From NCBI RefSeq assembly GCF_006345805.1, contig NC_043005.1, positions 77,252,001-77,316,000 of the forward strand: a DNA stretch of 64,000 nt, read 5' to 3'. Shown piece after piece: positions 36,853 to 51,069 of this stretch. The translations under genes were made by a program, and so were the position numbers. The notes beneath the pieces were generated by a model. It saw nothing but the letters and a program-made list of their open reading frames with translations. It was not told the DNA's origin and ran no database searches. Positions within the stretch are counted from its first letter, which is position 1. Each line of letters opens with the position of its first letter. Source of the stretch: Octopus sinensis. Its lineage: Eukaryota.

Positions 36853-37678
36853 GACTGTCTGTCTGTCAATCTGTCTATTTCTCTATCTATCTATTCGTCA
36901 AATAAACAATATAAGCGTTCTTTTGAACGTATAATTATATATATGCTGTGCAATATATGCATGTGTATTATGTATATCTATCTATATATATTTCAATATA
37001 TTTCCCTATACATGTTTGTGTTTTTAGTGAGTGAGTGTGTGTGGGAGGTGGGGTAAAGGGTGCGAGCATATGTGTACGTGTGCGTGTATGTATATTTATA
37101 AACATATATAGGTGTATGAGAATACACACACGTGCACGCACACACACATAAATATATACATACACACACACATATATGCCCCAGCGTGTGTGCTCTTCTA
37201 TATACTTAGGTATAGATATCAAGATGTGCGCATATGCACCTATGTATGCATGTGTGTGCATGTGAATGTGTGTGTGTGTCTGTTTGTGTGTGTGAGAGAG
37301 AGAGAGAGACAGAGACAGACAGACAGATAAAACAAGAGAGTGCTCTGCATGTTTAACTTCCCTTTTTATTTGCAATCAGCAATTTTCCGTATTTTTTGAA
37401 GCCGCTCAAATATATTTTCTTCTGATGAAATTCACGTATCACAACCCTTTGAAATATGTAAGCTGTTTGAAATTAATTGCCCAAACCCATTAAATATATA
37501 ACATACTCTCCTATATCATTAATTCACTCTCACAAATTAGTTTAAGTGGGTTTCATCGATTTGTATAATTGAACATGTTTATAATTTCATTGAAACAAAC
37601 ATGCATGCATACATATATAAATATGCGTCTGTGTGTGTGAGTGTTTGAGTGTGTTGTGTATGCGTGAGTGTACATCTA

Positions 37679-37711
<33 letters not shown>

Positions 37712-38410
37712 GTTTGTGCGTGTGTGTGCGTGTGTGTGTGTGTGTGTGCGTGTGTGTGTATGTATTGTCCCATGTACAGTTGAAGAGATGAAAGATTTGT
37801 GACTGAGAATACAAAAAGAGTTCCAACCATGCTATAGTTTTCGTCTTAAGCAGAAGACCATCAAATACCTCAAGCAGGTTCTTCCTGAGAGAAAAAACTT
37901 CTCCGATGTTTATTTCACATACATACATACATACATACATACATACATACATACATTGGTGCATATATACATACATAAGTGCATATATACATACACTGGT
38001 GTATATATACATACATAAATACATGTATACATGCATAATGCATACACATCATACATACATACATAATACACACATACATTATACAGACACATACATAATA
38101 CATATATAATACATACATGCATACATACATACATACATGATACATACACACACAAAACATAATACATGCATAATACATACATACACATTCATACATATAT
38201 ACATACATAATACATACACACATATATAATTCATACATACATAAATACATACATACATAAATACATACATACATAAATACATACATACATACATACATAC
38301 ATACATACATACATACATACATACATACATACATACATACATACATACATACATACATACATACATACATACGTACGTACATACATACATACATACTACA
38401 TACATACATC
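36060..38410. repeat. Microsatellite-dense block: (CA)n, (TCTA)n, (TACA)n, (TG)n
   Basis: Direct reading. Confidence 0.9.
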
Positions 38411-40618
38411 TATACATCCATGGTAACAGTCATCTCGTAGACGAGTATGATCATCAGTGACAAATTATGATCATCAATAACAGCTTGTATAACAACAATG
38501 CTAAAACTCTCACCTACAAAACCAAATAGTCCTGTAACAAGCACTGGCTTTGTCTGGGGCTCTGAAATAAGGCAGATGTTATCTCGGACTTTCATTCTAG
38601 AGAGCTATCTGAACAGAGACTAGGGCTGTCTTATTCCCATTTGTCGGATGGCCTTTGACTGTACTGAGTTCACCCGTCCTTTAACAATGTTTGAATTTCA
38701 TTCTATAGTGCTCGACGAAAGCCACTTACACCAAGTAGGCTTGGTAAGGTTCCTGTTTTTGTCTCCGATGGCCAGGCAGTGAGACAGGACGTGCTGGGTT
38801 ACATATGACCTTCAGCATTAAGATTGATCTGACATAAGACATACACGTACGCACGTACGTACATACATACTAACATACATATATACGTACGTACGTATGT
38901 ACTTACATAAATACATATATTTCAGTCGAAAGACTATTAGCGGAAAATTTCCATCGAAACGTCTGCCAAGAGCTAGATAAGTATGCTAAGCTTCCGCATT
39001 CATCAAGTGCAAAGAAAACATGGCTATCTGGAACACAAGTTATGTGCACTTTTCAAAATCAGCGAGAAGGAAAATACACACGGACAAATGTTTTGAAACC
39101 TGCAGCTCATTATACCTTGATGAGATATCTAAATTTCTACCAATAATCATTGGTGTATTTACTTATTTTGTAGAAATATACTTCATATATGCATGCATGT
39201 GTGTGTGAAGAGGTGTTGCTACGTATGTACTTAGTTATATGTCTATATGTTAAGTTATTGGGGGTAAGGATAAAAGGTTTTCATTTTTATTTGCAGACAT
39301 GAGACATCTATCACCTTTTCCTGAACTATTGAACCTCATCAACATAATGCAGGATAACCAACTATGTAGATCATTGGATAGGATGTAACATAAATAAAAG
39401 AAAAATAGAAATAACGCTTGTCTAATAATATTTATATAATTATGTAAAAATTATGAAAGGGAAACAACTTAACTGAACCAATGGAATAAATGTGTGTATC
39501 GAAGTTAAGGGATAATGTCTTGAATGACGTGGGCAAAAAGAAAAAAGAAAAAAAATTATGGCAATAATTCAGTTTAGGGAAATACATAAATCGTAAGAGA
39601 AACTGAGTAGAAAGATTACACTTTTATCTTCGTTTGAAGTTAAGATATAACTATGGGTAAGTTTCGGTCTTTTCGACTTCATCAGTACGGTATATTCTCA
39701 CCAAGCTAACTGGTCATTAAATGTGCACTTTTTTCTCATATAGTTTCACCAACAAAAACTAATTTTAATAAAAACAGACACACACGAAGACACACTCTTA
39801 CACATGCATGCATAACCACAAACACATACGCTCCCATCTGTGTGTGTGTGTGTGTATGTGAATGAATGCATGTATGCCTGCATATCATTTAGAAATCGTT
39901 TTGCAAGTTTGTGGTTTCTGGTTCGAACTCATTGTTCTGCAATTTGAGAAAATGCTTTGTATTCCAGTCATGAATTAACCAATACCTTGGTTTAGATGGA
40001 AAAATTGCTTAATCCTATTGTACAAATGTACATGTGCATGCATACATTATTGTGTATATATTTTTACACGCTTCTAAAAACTAGGGTGTGTTTTCGTGCT
40101 ATGTTCCTCCATATCCCTTAACTCAATGTTCTACTATTAGACATTGGTATAATCATTACAACTTTGCAATAATTACTGCGCTCGATACGATAATTTAACA
40201 CACTTAAGATGGTGCATGGCCATAGCCCAGTCAATGCAACCAGTAAATAAAAAAAAACGTATAGCAATTTCTACAAGCACAGTCTTTCAGACTTCAGCGT
40301 CTTAATTACTGACCAATGAAAACTTCTTATTTCACAAAATGAATTATCGATCTCTCACCAGGTTAAACATCACACGCTGAAATCAATCAGTTGTAATTCT
40401 TCTAAATGCTCTGTCTTCTTTATTATATCAATATTTTTTATATAACTAATAGAATAATGCTTTCAATCAAAGGGGAAATGAATTGTAGATGTATGTCATC
40501 TCGACCTGCCCCTGGAGAGTAGAAATGCGAAGCCAACTTCAGTAGAAGTTGAACATTGAAAATAAAGTAATACAATGTCTCGATATATTGATAAAATTAC
40601 ATTCTATAATGCCAACAG

Positions 40619-41420
40619 AAGGCGGCGAGCTGGCAGAATGGTTAGCACGCCGGGCGAAATGCTTTCTGGTATTTCGTCTGCCGTTACGTTCTGAGTTCAA
40701 ATTCCGCCGAGGTTGACTTTGCTTTTCATCCTTTCGGCGTCGATAAATTAAGTACCAGTCACACACTGGGGTCGATGTAATCGACTTAATCTGTCCTTGC
40801 TTGTCTCCTTTATGTTTAGCCCCCTTGTGGGCAATAAAGAAATAAGAAACGTTAGCACGCCGGGTGAAATGCTTAGCGGTATTTCGTCATTCGATTTTGC
40901 TTTACATCCTTTCGGCGTCGATAAATTAAGTACCAGTTGCATACTGGGGTGTATCTCATTCAATGGCTCCCTCCCCACAAAATTTCAGGCCTAGTGCCTT
41001 GAGTAGAAAAGAATCGTTAGCAGGTCGGACAAAAAGCTTAGCGGCAATATTTCTGGCTTTACAATTTGAGTTCAAATTCGACAAGCGTTGATTTTGCGCT
41101 TCATCCATTCAGTGTCGATAAAATAAGTGCCAGTTGATTACTGGGATCGATGTAGTCGAATAACCCATTTCCTCCAAACATTCAAAGCTTTGTGTCTCTA
41201 TCTGAAAGTAAAGGATTCTATAGTACCAAGAATTTTGGGGTTTTAACAGAAAGCTGTTCGCACATACAAGGATATTATTTTCCCTAATATTTACATCCTA
41301 GGTCGACTTTACTTTTCATTGATTCAGAGTCCATAAAATAAGCACCAGTTGACAACTGGTATCAATGTAATCAACTTCACCTTTCCCCGAAATTTCTGGC
41401 CTTGTGCCAAAATTTGAAAC
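40619..41420 (+). mobile_element. Cluster of family B SINE units, progressively more degenerate
   Basis: Repeated GTCGATAAA(T/A)TAAG..CCAGTT..CTGG motif, at least four times. Confidence 0.8.
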
Positions 41421-41861
41421 TTATATACACAACCTAAGTGAAACGAAAGGATTCTCAATTGTATGTCTTTATATCGAAATTTGGCGCAACTTAATTTGTT
41501 TTTCCGTCTATTCAGAGAATGCGGCTGACTGGTTGAATAAGTAATATAAAATACGCCGATATATTTGCATCATGTCGCATATTATCGCTTACACGTTATG
41601 TAAGCTGCCAGAGTACATGGTCTTCCACATACACACTCCACTAAACTGTAAATATGTCCCATATCAAACGGAAGAACCACAACCTTAAAGGTTTTAGTCG
41701 AATGAGTCAGTCCCAGCACATATTTTTATTTTTAAGTCTGGTAATTATGTGATGCCTTTCTTTTGACGGACCACTAAGTTACAGACGTAAAAAAAAAAAA
41801 AAACTGGTTAACGATTGGTAGTGCTTGGACAAACACTCTTTCTGTCTCTCACACAGACGAG

Positions 41862-42055
41862 GGGCGATGAAAAATTCCTGGCTTTAAGTGTATCGTGAAA
41901 GGCCTCGTTGGATTCAGAAAGCCCAACTTTCCGATTCTTTCACGGGGTTAGAAAAATTGAAAGACTGCTGCAAAAAAGGAATCTGAGAGATTCCCTTTTT
42001 GGATTATATTGAATAAAATCATAATTCACTGGCCCTCCTGCACTTTCTTTTACCC
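41862..42055 (+). mobile_element. Mariner-derived non-autonomous element fragment (same family as 10181-10345)
   Basis: GATGAAAAATTCCTGGCTTTAA..GAAAGGCC..TTAGAAAAATTGAAAGAC. Confidence 0.6.
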
Positions 42056-42099
42056 ATATGTGTGTATTTGTGTGCGTGCGTGCGTGTTTGTGTGTGTGT

Positions 42100-42142
<43 letters not shown>

Positions 42143-42164
42143 GTGTGTGTGTGTGTCTAACGGT

Positions 42165-42335
42165 CATGTTTCAAGCTCTGTCTACCAAATCCTATCAGAA
42201 AGCTTCGGTCGACCCGAGGCTGTAATAGAAAACATCTGCCCGGGTTAACACGTAGTGGTACTGAGCTCGGAATCGTGTGGTTGAAAAGCGAAGTTTTTAC
42301 TTTTTGTTTAACAAACAGCCATGCCAGCGCCTGAA
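42165..42335 (-). mobile_element. SINE family A 5' half
   Basis: GGTCGACCCGAGGCTGTAATAGAA motif, reverse complement of the family A core. Confidence 0.65.
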
Positions 42336-42569
42336 GGCAATATACCATAACTGATATGATACATAAATGCAATAAGCCTTAATTTGTGGGACCAAACAAC
42401 GAAAGACCAGACCTTAACTCAAAACCATTCAGACCTAATGCGTGCCTCATCTTTGAATGACTGACTCATGGTATGAGATATAGTTGACTGTTATTTTTAG
42501 CAAGTTGAACGACTGCATAGTGGCTCACTCATTGGCGCGTTGAATTGTAGTTAGTTGCAGAGAGAAGAA

Positions 42570-42603
42570 ATTATTATTGTTGTTGTTGTTGTTACTTTTG
42601 TTG

Positions 42604-42648
<45 letters not shown>

Positions 42649-42689
42649 TATTATTATTATTATTATTAATATTATTATTATTATTATTA

Positions 42690-42721
<32 letters not shown>

Positions 42722-42755
42722 GCTGTTGTTGTTGATGTTATTGTTGTTGTTATAG
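42570..42755. repeat. (TTA)n/(TTG)n microsatellite
   Basis: Direct reading. Confidence 0.95.
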
Positions 42756-43080
42756 ATAATCACACTGCTGCTTTAACTTACTATGAGATATCGATTTTCT
42801 CTCAACGAGGCAGACGGCCAATTTCCGCAGGAAGCAGGTGTAGTTCATGTAGTTGAAAGAATCGATCCCTATTGCGGTATTTATTTGCCAATTTCTGTGT
42901 TTTGATTTCAAATTCCGTTGAAGTCAAGTTTCTCTTTCATCTTTGAGAAGATATTAAAACAATCCCAATCAAATACTCAAGTAAATTAAATCGATTTTTT
43001 TCCTTCATTCTCTTATATATCATTGTACTTATGCTCATGCGAGTAAGTCGTTTCATTAATGCTAATATTCATTAAAGTTA

Positions 43081-44110
43081 AGGCTGCGACGTGGCAGAAT
43101 CGTTAACATGCCGGGCGAAATGCGTAGCCGTATTTTGTCTGCCGTTACGTTCTGAGTTCAAATTCCGCAGAGGTCGACTTCGCCTTCCATCCTTTCGAGA
43201 TCGATAAATTAAGTAGCATCTACGCACTGGAGTCGATATAATCGACTTAATCAATTTGTCTGTCTTTGTTTGTCCTCTCCGTGTGTAGCCCCTTGTGGGT
43301 AGTAAAGAAATAGGTATTTCGTCTGCCACTACGATCTGAGTTCGAATTCCGCCGAAGTCAACTTTGCCTTTCATTCTTTCAGGGGTCGATTAAATAAGTA
43401 CCAGTTACGCATTGGGGTCGATATAATCGACTTAATCCGTTTGTCTGTCCTTGTTTGTCCTCTCTGTGTTTAGCCCCTTGTGGGTAGTAAAGAAATAGGT
43501 ATTTTGTCTGCCGTTACATTCTGAGTTCAAATTCCGCAGAGGTCGACTTTGCCTTTCATCCTTTCGGGATCGATAAATTAAGTACCAGTTACTCACTGGG
43601 ATCGATGTAGTCGACTTAATCCGTTTGTCTGTCCTTGTTTGTCCCCTCTTTGTTTAGCCCCTTGTGGGCAATAAACAAATAAGAATCGTTAACACGCCAG
43701 CAATATGCTTAACTGTATTTCGTTGGACTATACGTCCCGATTTCAAATACTGTCAGGGTCGACTTGCCTTTCATCGATCCTTTCAGAATCGACAAAATAA
43801 GTACCAGTTTAGGACTAGAATCGGTTAAATAGACGTACCCCTCCCACAAAATTTCTAGCCTTGTTCCGAAATTTGAGATCAATTGTAATTAAGACGTTAA
43901 ACTAGCAGAATCATTACCACGCCGGATAAAATGCTTCGCGGCATTTCGTCCGATTTTCCATTCTGAGATCAAATTCCGCTGAGCTCACCTTTATCTTTCA
44001 TTCTTTCGAGGTCGATAAATAAAGTACCAGTTCAGCACTGGGGTTGGTGTAATCGACTGAGCCCCTCATCCGAAATTGCTGGTCTCGTGCCAGAATTTGA
44101 AACCAGTATT
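43081..44110 (+). mobile_element. Family B SINE array: head, three ~185 bp tandem units, then two older units
   Basis: Unit boundaries near 43313, 43498 and 43685. Confidence 0.9.
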
Positions 44111-44464
44111 AATAATAATTCTTTGTTTATTTAATTAATTAATGAACAAGGATAACTACTTCAAATTTTGGCACAAGACCAGAAATGCCAGGAGGAGAAT
44201 GTTGGTCGATAAACATGGACTAGTATTTCGTTTTATCGATACCGAAACGATAAAGGCCAATAATTGTTTCAAATATTGATACAAGGCCAGCAATTTTAGA
44301 ATAGGGTTAAAATCGATCACATCGACCTTAGTATTTATTAGTACCATATTTCATCGATCCCGGAGGATAGAAAGTAAAGTTGCCTTAATGAGTCGGCCAT
44401 TCTACAGTGGGGTGATTTTTCAAATTTTCACCGATGGTTTTTGGCAGTTGTTATCTCTATGATA

Positions 44465-45031
44465 TTGGGTTGTCCGAAAAGTTCGTGTAGGTTTCTAAAA
44501 GGAAACAAAAAGGTCAATAAATAATTGCCATTACATTTTTAATCAGCCAAATATGAACCATTTGGTTGCACAATGAGTCTTCATCTTTTCTTTAACTTGA
44601 AAATACCCTCTTCCCTGATTTGAGGTGGTTTCATGGCAAAGAATTCATCAAGGTATCTTTTTTCGTCATCCAAAGAATTGAAATTTTTACCATTAAGACT
44701 ATTCTACAGAGACCTGAATAAATGGATATCTGAAGGAGCAATATCTCGGGAACATGGAGGGTGGGGTAACACATCCCAGCCGAGCTGCAGCAATTTTTGT
44801 CTGGTTCCCAAATCATCAAGTGCCGAAAATGAACTTTCTTATCTTCCATTTTAAATGGTTACATAATTAACACAGGTTATAGGAACATAAACCTTCTTCC
44901 ACGAAAAGATAGCTTAAACTCTGCTCTAAATGGAGGTGTAGTCAAATCCTATTTTCTGGACTCATCCACGTTCTAAAATAAGTCGAAAGTTAAGCTACTA
45001 TAAATCGGTACGAACTTTCCGGACAACCCAA
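44465..45031 (-). mobile_element. Complete internally deleted mariner (567 bp) with TIRs and TA target duplication
   Basis: TA|TTGGGTTGTCCGAAAAGTTCGT ... ACGAACTTTCCGGACAACCCAA|TA (21/22 match); minus strand retains transposase C-terminus EGIFKLKKR*RLIVQPNGSYL. Confidence 0.9.
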
Positions 45032-45144
45032 TATATTACTAATTTGATACAACTTGTCCAATCGTTGCTGAACTGTTTATTCTTTATTTTCATGTATAAC
45101 ATGTAAACATTAAATGTTTATTCTTTTATTCTACAGCTTTGATA

Positions 45145-45770
45145 ATGAGTGGGGAACAGATTGCAATTAGAACCATTTTAAGCTGCATGTGGGGAAAAAC
45201 GACTGAGTGCAAGAGCAACGGCAAAATAATTTAATGATGTGGAAGGCCCAGGAACTGTAAACGAGCTTCTGGCTCAGAACTGGTTCTCACGTCTCAAAGA
45301 AAGTGACACCAACCTCGAAGACAAAGCAACAGCAAGGAAACTCTGTTGTGGAAAATGTAGCGTTGCTTGAAATGTCTGAAAAACAGCTATGCACAAGCAC
45401 AGGCATACTGTTGTTAGAACATTGTCTTTCACAATACATCACCAATTGACGCCTCCATAAACTCACCTTGTGAAGAGACTCTGTCGCGGAGCTCTTCATG
45501 AACTGACTAACGATCAGGAATGATGTGTGAATATTTGCCAGAAAATCCCCGAGATGCTTGTTTTGGGTATCGAATTGTATGACGACGGAGGATGAAAAAG
45601 AGATCTATTTACGTAATCCAAATAAGAGAATTCAATTGTTTCCGGCCAGGTTTCAGAACCAGTTGTTAAATAAGAGCAGTTCAAACAGAAAGTCGGTCAT
45701 GCTGTGTGCCCGGTGGAATTTCGAAGCGGGTGTTGCACTTTGAACTTGTTTCAGATGGTCAAATTTTGTA
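45145..45770 (+). pseudogene. Decayed mariner transposase (HTH region to first catalytic Asp region)
   Basis: DVEGPGTVNELLAQNWFSRLKESDTNLEDK, HELTNDQ, DEK-like and VML/WNFE/LHFELV remnants across frameshifts. Confidence 0.75.
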
Positions 45771-46309
45771 AAATTTGAAAAATGCTTTAGTATAATTTCT
45801 TTTCACACGTGATTTTCATCACAAAATATCCAAGAAAGGTAATGCATATCATATATTTCTTTACTCTATATTTGGTTTCAAAATTTCTATTGATTTCTAT
45901 TATTACGTCATAATTTGCGGATTTCCTCATAAATAGTTGGCTGGAGATTTTCGAAAAATTCTTTGGAGAGCCGAAATATAAAACAGTAAAATTTTCAATT
46001 TATTCATGAAATTCACATATGATTATTCATTTTTTTTTCGTACACCACCGAAAAAATAGCTGTGAATATTTTACTCCTAAATACAGCAGTAGCCTGATGA
46101 TGAAAACAAAAATATAAAGACAAGATGATAAAAACAAAAAGAGAGAAGTAATTAAAATAACGAATAATTTCAATTCAGTAAATGCAGTTCTTTTCTACCA
46201 CTTATTTTTGAGGTGGTTAAAATGCTTAAATAAAACCTGCAATCATTAGAAGGTAAATGTAGTATTAAGGTATGTGAAATTAAAAGAAAAATTCATGAAA
46301 TCATTGCTT

Positions 46310-46675
46310 ATCGTTAATAAAAATAATAAGTCGAGCAAATCGTCCCCAGGAATTATTCTTTGTAAGCCTAGTACTATCGGTCTCTTTTGCCGAACCGCTA
46401 AGTTACAGGCACATAAACACACCAGCATCGGTTGCCAAGTGATGTTGGGGAGACAGACACAGACACAGAAGCATACACACACACACACACACACACATAT
46501 ATACATATATTCGACGGGCTTCTAACGCTTTTCGCCTACTAAATCCATTGACAAGGCTTTAGTCGGCCCGAGGCTATAGTAGAAGACATCTGCCGAAAGT
46601 GCCACGTAGTGGGACTGAACCCAGAACCATGTGGTTCGTAAGCAAGCTACTTACCACACAGCCACTTCTACGCCA
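46310..46675 (-). mobile_element. SINE family A, near full length
   Basis: Reverse complement of 240-669. Confidence 0.85.
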
Positions 46676-46708
46676 ATATATATATTATATATATAATGTA
46701 TGTATATG

Positions 46709-46743
<35 letters not shown>

Positions 46744-46763
46744 GTGTGTGTGTGTGTGTGTAC

Positions 46764-46796
<33 letters not shown>

Positions 46797-47124
46797 ATAC
46801 ACACATAATGTATGTATGTATCTATGTGTACGTAACAAAACAGGAGATAGGAAAAAATGTTTGGTATTATTCACGTTTGGTATTATTCACCAAACATTTT
46901 CTTTTTCTAATTTTCTGTTTTGATATATAATTAGCCAGCACAAACCATTTTCCAGTACTTTTCAACTTTTATGTATACCTGATACAAGTAAAACATCTGC
47001 GTACAATTCTGGAGTAGTGGAATAGGCACATATGCTTCATGACAACACAGTTTTGATGATAACGTCATCTACTTATAGACGTAGATGCGACAGATCTGGC
47101 AAACTGGCCATGGATGATGGACAT

Positions 47125-47535
47125 ACTCTTTTACTCTTTTACTTGTTTCAGTTATTTGACTCTGCCCATGCTGGAGCACCGCCTTTAGTCGAGCAAATCG
47201 ATCCCAGGACTTAATCTTTGTAAGCCTAGTACTTATTCTATCGGTCTCTTTTACGGAACCGTTAAGTTACGATGATGTAAACTCACCAGCATCGGTTGTC
47301 AAGCGATGTTTGGGGGGACAAACACAGCCACAAAAACATATACACACAAATACATATATATATATATACGACGGGCTTCTTTCAGTTTCCGTCTACCAAA
47401 TCCACTCACAAGGCTTTGGTCGGCCCGAGGCTATAGTAGAAGACACATGCCCAATGTGTCACGGAGTGGGACAGAACCCGGAACCATGTGGTTCGTAAGC
47501 AAGCTACTTACCACACGGCCTCTCCTATGCCTATA
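47125..47535 (-). mobile_element. SINE family A, full length
   Basis: Reverse complement of 240-669 including the GAGTAAAAGAG tail. Confidence 0.88.
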
Positions 47536-47863
47536 TACATAAGAAACAAAGATAAGAGGACTTCTGAGCTGACAGGCTACAGACATAGTCTGGTGTTGGG
47601 TGTTATCGTATTACATATTCATACGTGTGCGTGTGTGCGCGCGCATGAGCATGCGTGCGTGTGTGTGAGTTTGTGTGTCTTTTCTCTTGCCTCAATCATT
47701 GGACAGCAGCCATGCTGGTACCGTATTGGAGGGTTTTAGTCGAACGAATCCTTCCAAATTCTTTTTTTTTTTCAAGTCTGATAACTGTTCTGTCGTTCTC
47801 TGTTTTCCAGACAGTTAAGTTATAGGAACGTAAACAAACCAGCACTCAAGAGGTAATGCAAGG

Positions 47864-47928
<65 letters not shown>

Positions 47929-48401
47929 TAGGATATAACGGGTTTCTTTTATTTTCTGCACACGAAATCTACTCACAAGACATTGGCCTGCCCGAGAATT
48001 TAGATGACATTTGCCCAGGAACTGAACTCAGAACAATGTGGTTGCGAATTCCCCTTAGCAGTCATCGTCTGCCAAGAATATTACTAATGTATATATTCAT
48101 ATGCGCAAATGTAAACACCAGTGGTCATTTGACCTGCGAATCTAATTTCAAATTAGCTTAAAAACTACGTCATATGAATGAAAACAGAACTTTGACTGAA
48201 AGTGTTGTTTATGGAGAGGTCATTTATATAAAACTAAATATTGTACAATGTATGTACTGAATTTGTAGAGAATAAAAGAAAACATATTTTTTTAAATAAA
48301 CGTTTACATTTTAAACAATATTAATGTCTTTTAACCTCTGCTGAGAAAGATAGCCTAAATAACTTAGACTGCACTGGCTTAATAATAATAATAATAGTAA
48401 C

Positions 48402-48504
<103 letters not shown>

Positions 48505-48553
48505 TAATAATAATAATAATAATAAATAAATAATAAATAAATAAAAATAATAA

Positions 48554-49063
48554 ATGGCTTCTGATCTTAACTGATTGCAAGTGTTATGTACATTGTTTTA
48601 TCTTGGTATAAAAGATGGGCTACAGCAAATATTCTGCTCAATACCACAGATTTGCTTGTCAGTTGTTTGACCTTAACCAGTTGAGTATGTCCCTTAGTGG
48701 CTGACGATATGTGCATCTCTGATCACGAGCAGAAGTAGTGGGGGAGCATCATAGCCATGTGTTGAGAGGGTTTGAATAATTCACCTCTGGAAACATGGGT
48801 GGTTCTTTCAACATCCTTAAACAACCCTTATTCAGGGACCTTTTGAGCGGGATGGGCTACTCAACCTGAAGAAAATTCTAACTGGTCCCCACCTGCAAGG
48901 TCATGTGCTGTTTATCTTGATATGAGATCACCATGTCGCGCACATATTGTTGTGATGCATGTGCCTGGTGTACCCTTATCAGACGGGTAGTCATGATGGG
49001 TATATTGGGCTTCGTATATTTTACCCCAGTGTCACTTCGATGGCATGAACTGCTCTCTCACTC
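48554..49063 (+). mobile_element. Second copy of the ~530 bp (AAT)n-flanked repeat
   Basis: Aligns with 3206-3732 with a small internal deletion. Confidence 0.8.
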
Positions 49064-49084
49064 AATAATAATAATAATAATAAT

Positions 49085-49129
<45 letters not shown>

Positions 49130-49134
49130 TAATA

Positions 49135-49825
49135 ATAAGCGCAGAAAAGCTAAGCGCATGAAAACCCGTGCTAAAACTGCGGCCTTAGATATTCTGACTG
49201 ATAAATAGCAAGAAAAACCTCTCAATGGCAAACACCCAATGAGAGCGAATAATGCCGATGTTGACAAAGCCCTGACCCATCAATAGCTAATGGCCTCTGG
49301 CTTAAAATCTGAAACAGAACGGTTTATCATACCAGCTCAAGACCAATGCTTACCTACAAGCAATTACCAGGCCAACATATTAAAGAACGGCATTAGCCCA
49401 ACATGTTGTGTATGTCAACAACAAAATGAAACCATTGATCATGTTGTCTCTAAGTACAGTCTTCTTGCGCCTACAGAATATCTGAACAGGCATGATAGAG
49501 CGGTACAATATACTCACTGGGTAATCTGCAAAAACATGGATTTGCCCCATGAAAAAAAAATGGTGGGAACACAAACCACCCCCAGTGCTTGAAAATGACC
49601 ACATCTCACTCCTCTGGAACTTGACTATCTAACCGACAGAAAGATAGATGCGAACAGGCAAGACATCATATTGAAAGACTTCAGACAAAAATCATGCCTC
49701 CTCATTGATATGACTGTCCCAATCGATATAAATGCATCTGTCAAGACCTACCAAAAACTGAGCGAATATAAAGATCTTGAAATAGAAATTAGCAAAATGT
49801 GGAACCTGAAGACTAAAACAATAAG
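49135..49825 (+). mobile_element. R4/Dong-clade remnant (end of RT, CCHC, RLE), third family
   Basis: ORF 49290-49592 GLKSETERFIIPAQDQCLPT..CCVCQQQNETIDHVVS..YLNRHD; then DRKIDANRQDIILKD..LIDMTVP..KLSEYKDLEIEISKMW. Confidence 0.88.
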
Positions 49826-49929
49826 ATGAGGACTAGGCTTAAAAAGAATAAGTCCTGGGTTCAATTTGTTCATCTAAAGGCGGCACTCCAGTATGGCTGC
49901 AGTAAAATGACTGAAACAGATAAAAAAAG

Positions 49930-49931
49930 AA

Positions 49932-49966
<35 letters not shown>

Positions 49967-50052
49967 TAATAATAATAATAATAACAATAATAATAATAAT
50001 CATAATTATAATTATAATTATAACAATCCTCACAAGGGCCGCCGTAATAATG

Positions 50053-50097
<45 letters not shown>

Positions 50098-50154
50098 TAA
50101 TAATAATAATATAATAATAACAATAATAATAATAATAATAATAATAACAATAAC

Positions 50155-50210
<56 letters not shown>

Positions 50211-50297
50211 TAATAATAATAAGTCTCGGTGTATGGAAAACACTCGGCGAGAAACGGAAGAGAGTTTGAAGAAAGAAGGAAAAAAATAATAATAATA

Positions 50298-50359
<62 letters not shown>

Positions 50360-50385
50360 CATTATTATTATAATTATAATCTGCA
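49930..50385. repeat. (AAT)n and (TTA)n tracts enclosing a 70 bp Dong 3' UTR tip (50222-50290)
   Basis: GGAAAACACTCGGCGAGAAA matches 4335-4352. Confidence 0.85.
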
Positions 50386-51025
50386 ATGCAGAGAGTGGGG
50401 TGGCGAGTACGGCAGCGCTTATTACATTCAGTGAGTTTCATTTATATTTTGAGATCAAATCCCGCCGAGATCGAATTAAACTTTCATCACACCGGAGTTG
50501 AATGTTGGTGGGGGATTGTTTTCAGTAAAATAAAGTACGAGTCAATCGTACTCTATATATTGTTACATTTGAAGTTGTATTACAACTTCCCATTGCGAAC
50601 ATTTCACCCAGTGCTTAAAGCAGGAAAAAATCGATAGATCATAATTGAAAGGTTAGTACACAGAATAGTCGAAGGAGACGCCAAGTTATCACTACAATAA
50701 AGATCACAGGTGCATGTATTATGAATATTTTATTTATACATTCATTTTATTTTCAATGTATTTATTTATGTATTTATTCATCTAGTCAATCTCTCTTCCC
50801 CGATGCCATCTAAACGCAGTCTTCAATTTTTATTGAGGTGGTCACATGAACAACACTGCGCATTATCCTCAATATCGCTGCAGTAATTTTCAATAGATCG
50901 CTACCAAATATCTAGGCAGCTTCAACAAACACACGTACATGTAGTGTTCACCAACCGCCGTCCCGCTCCTAGTGTGTATATATATATATGCATACATATA
51001 TATATATATATATACTATATATATA

Positions 51026-51069
<44 letters not shown>

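Noticed and set aside
43081-44110. Regularly spaced repeats as a CRISPR-like array
   Set aside because: Units are ~185 bp SINE bodies with no unique spacers, in eukaryotic DNA with no cas genes.
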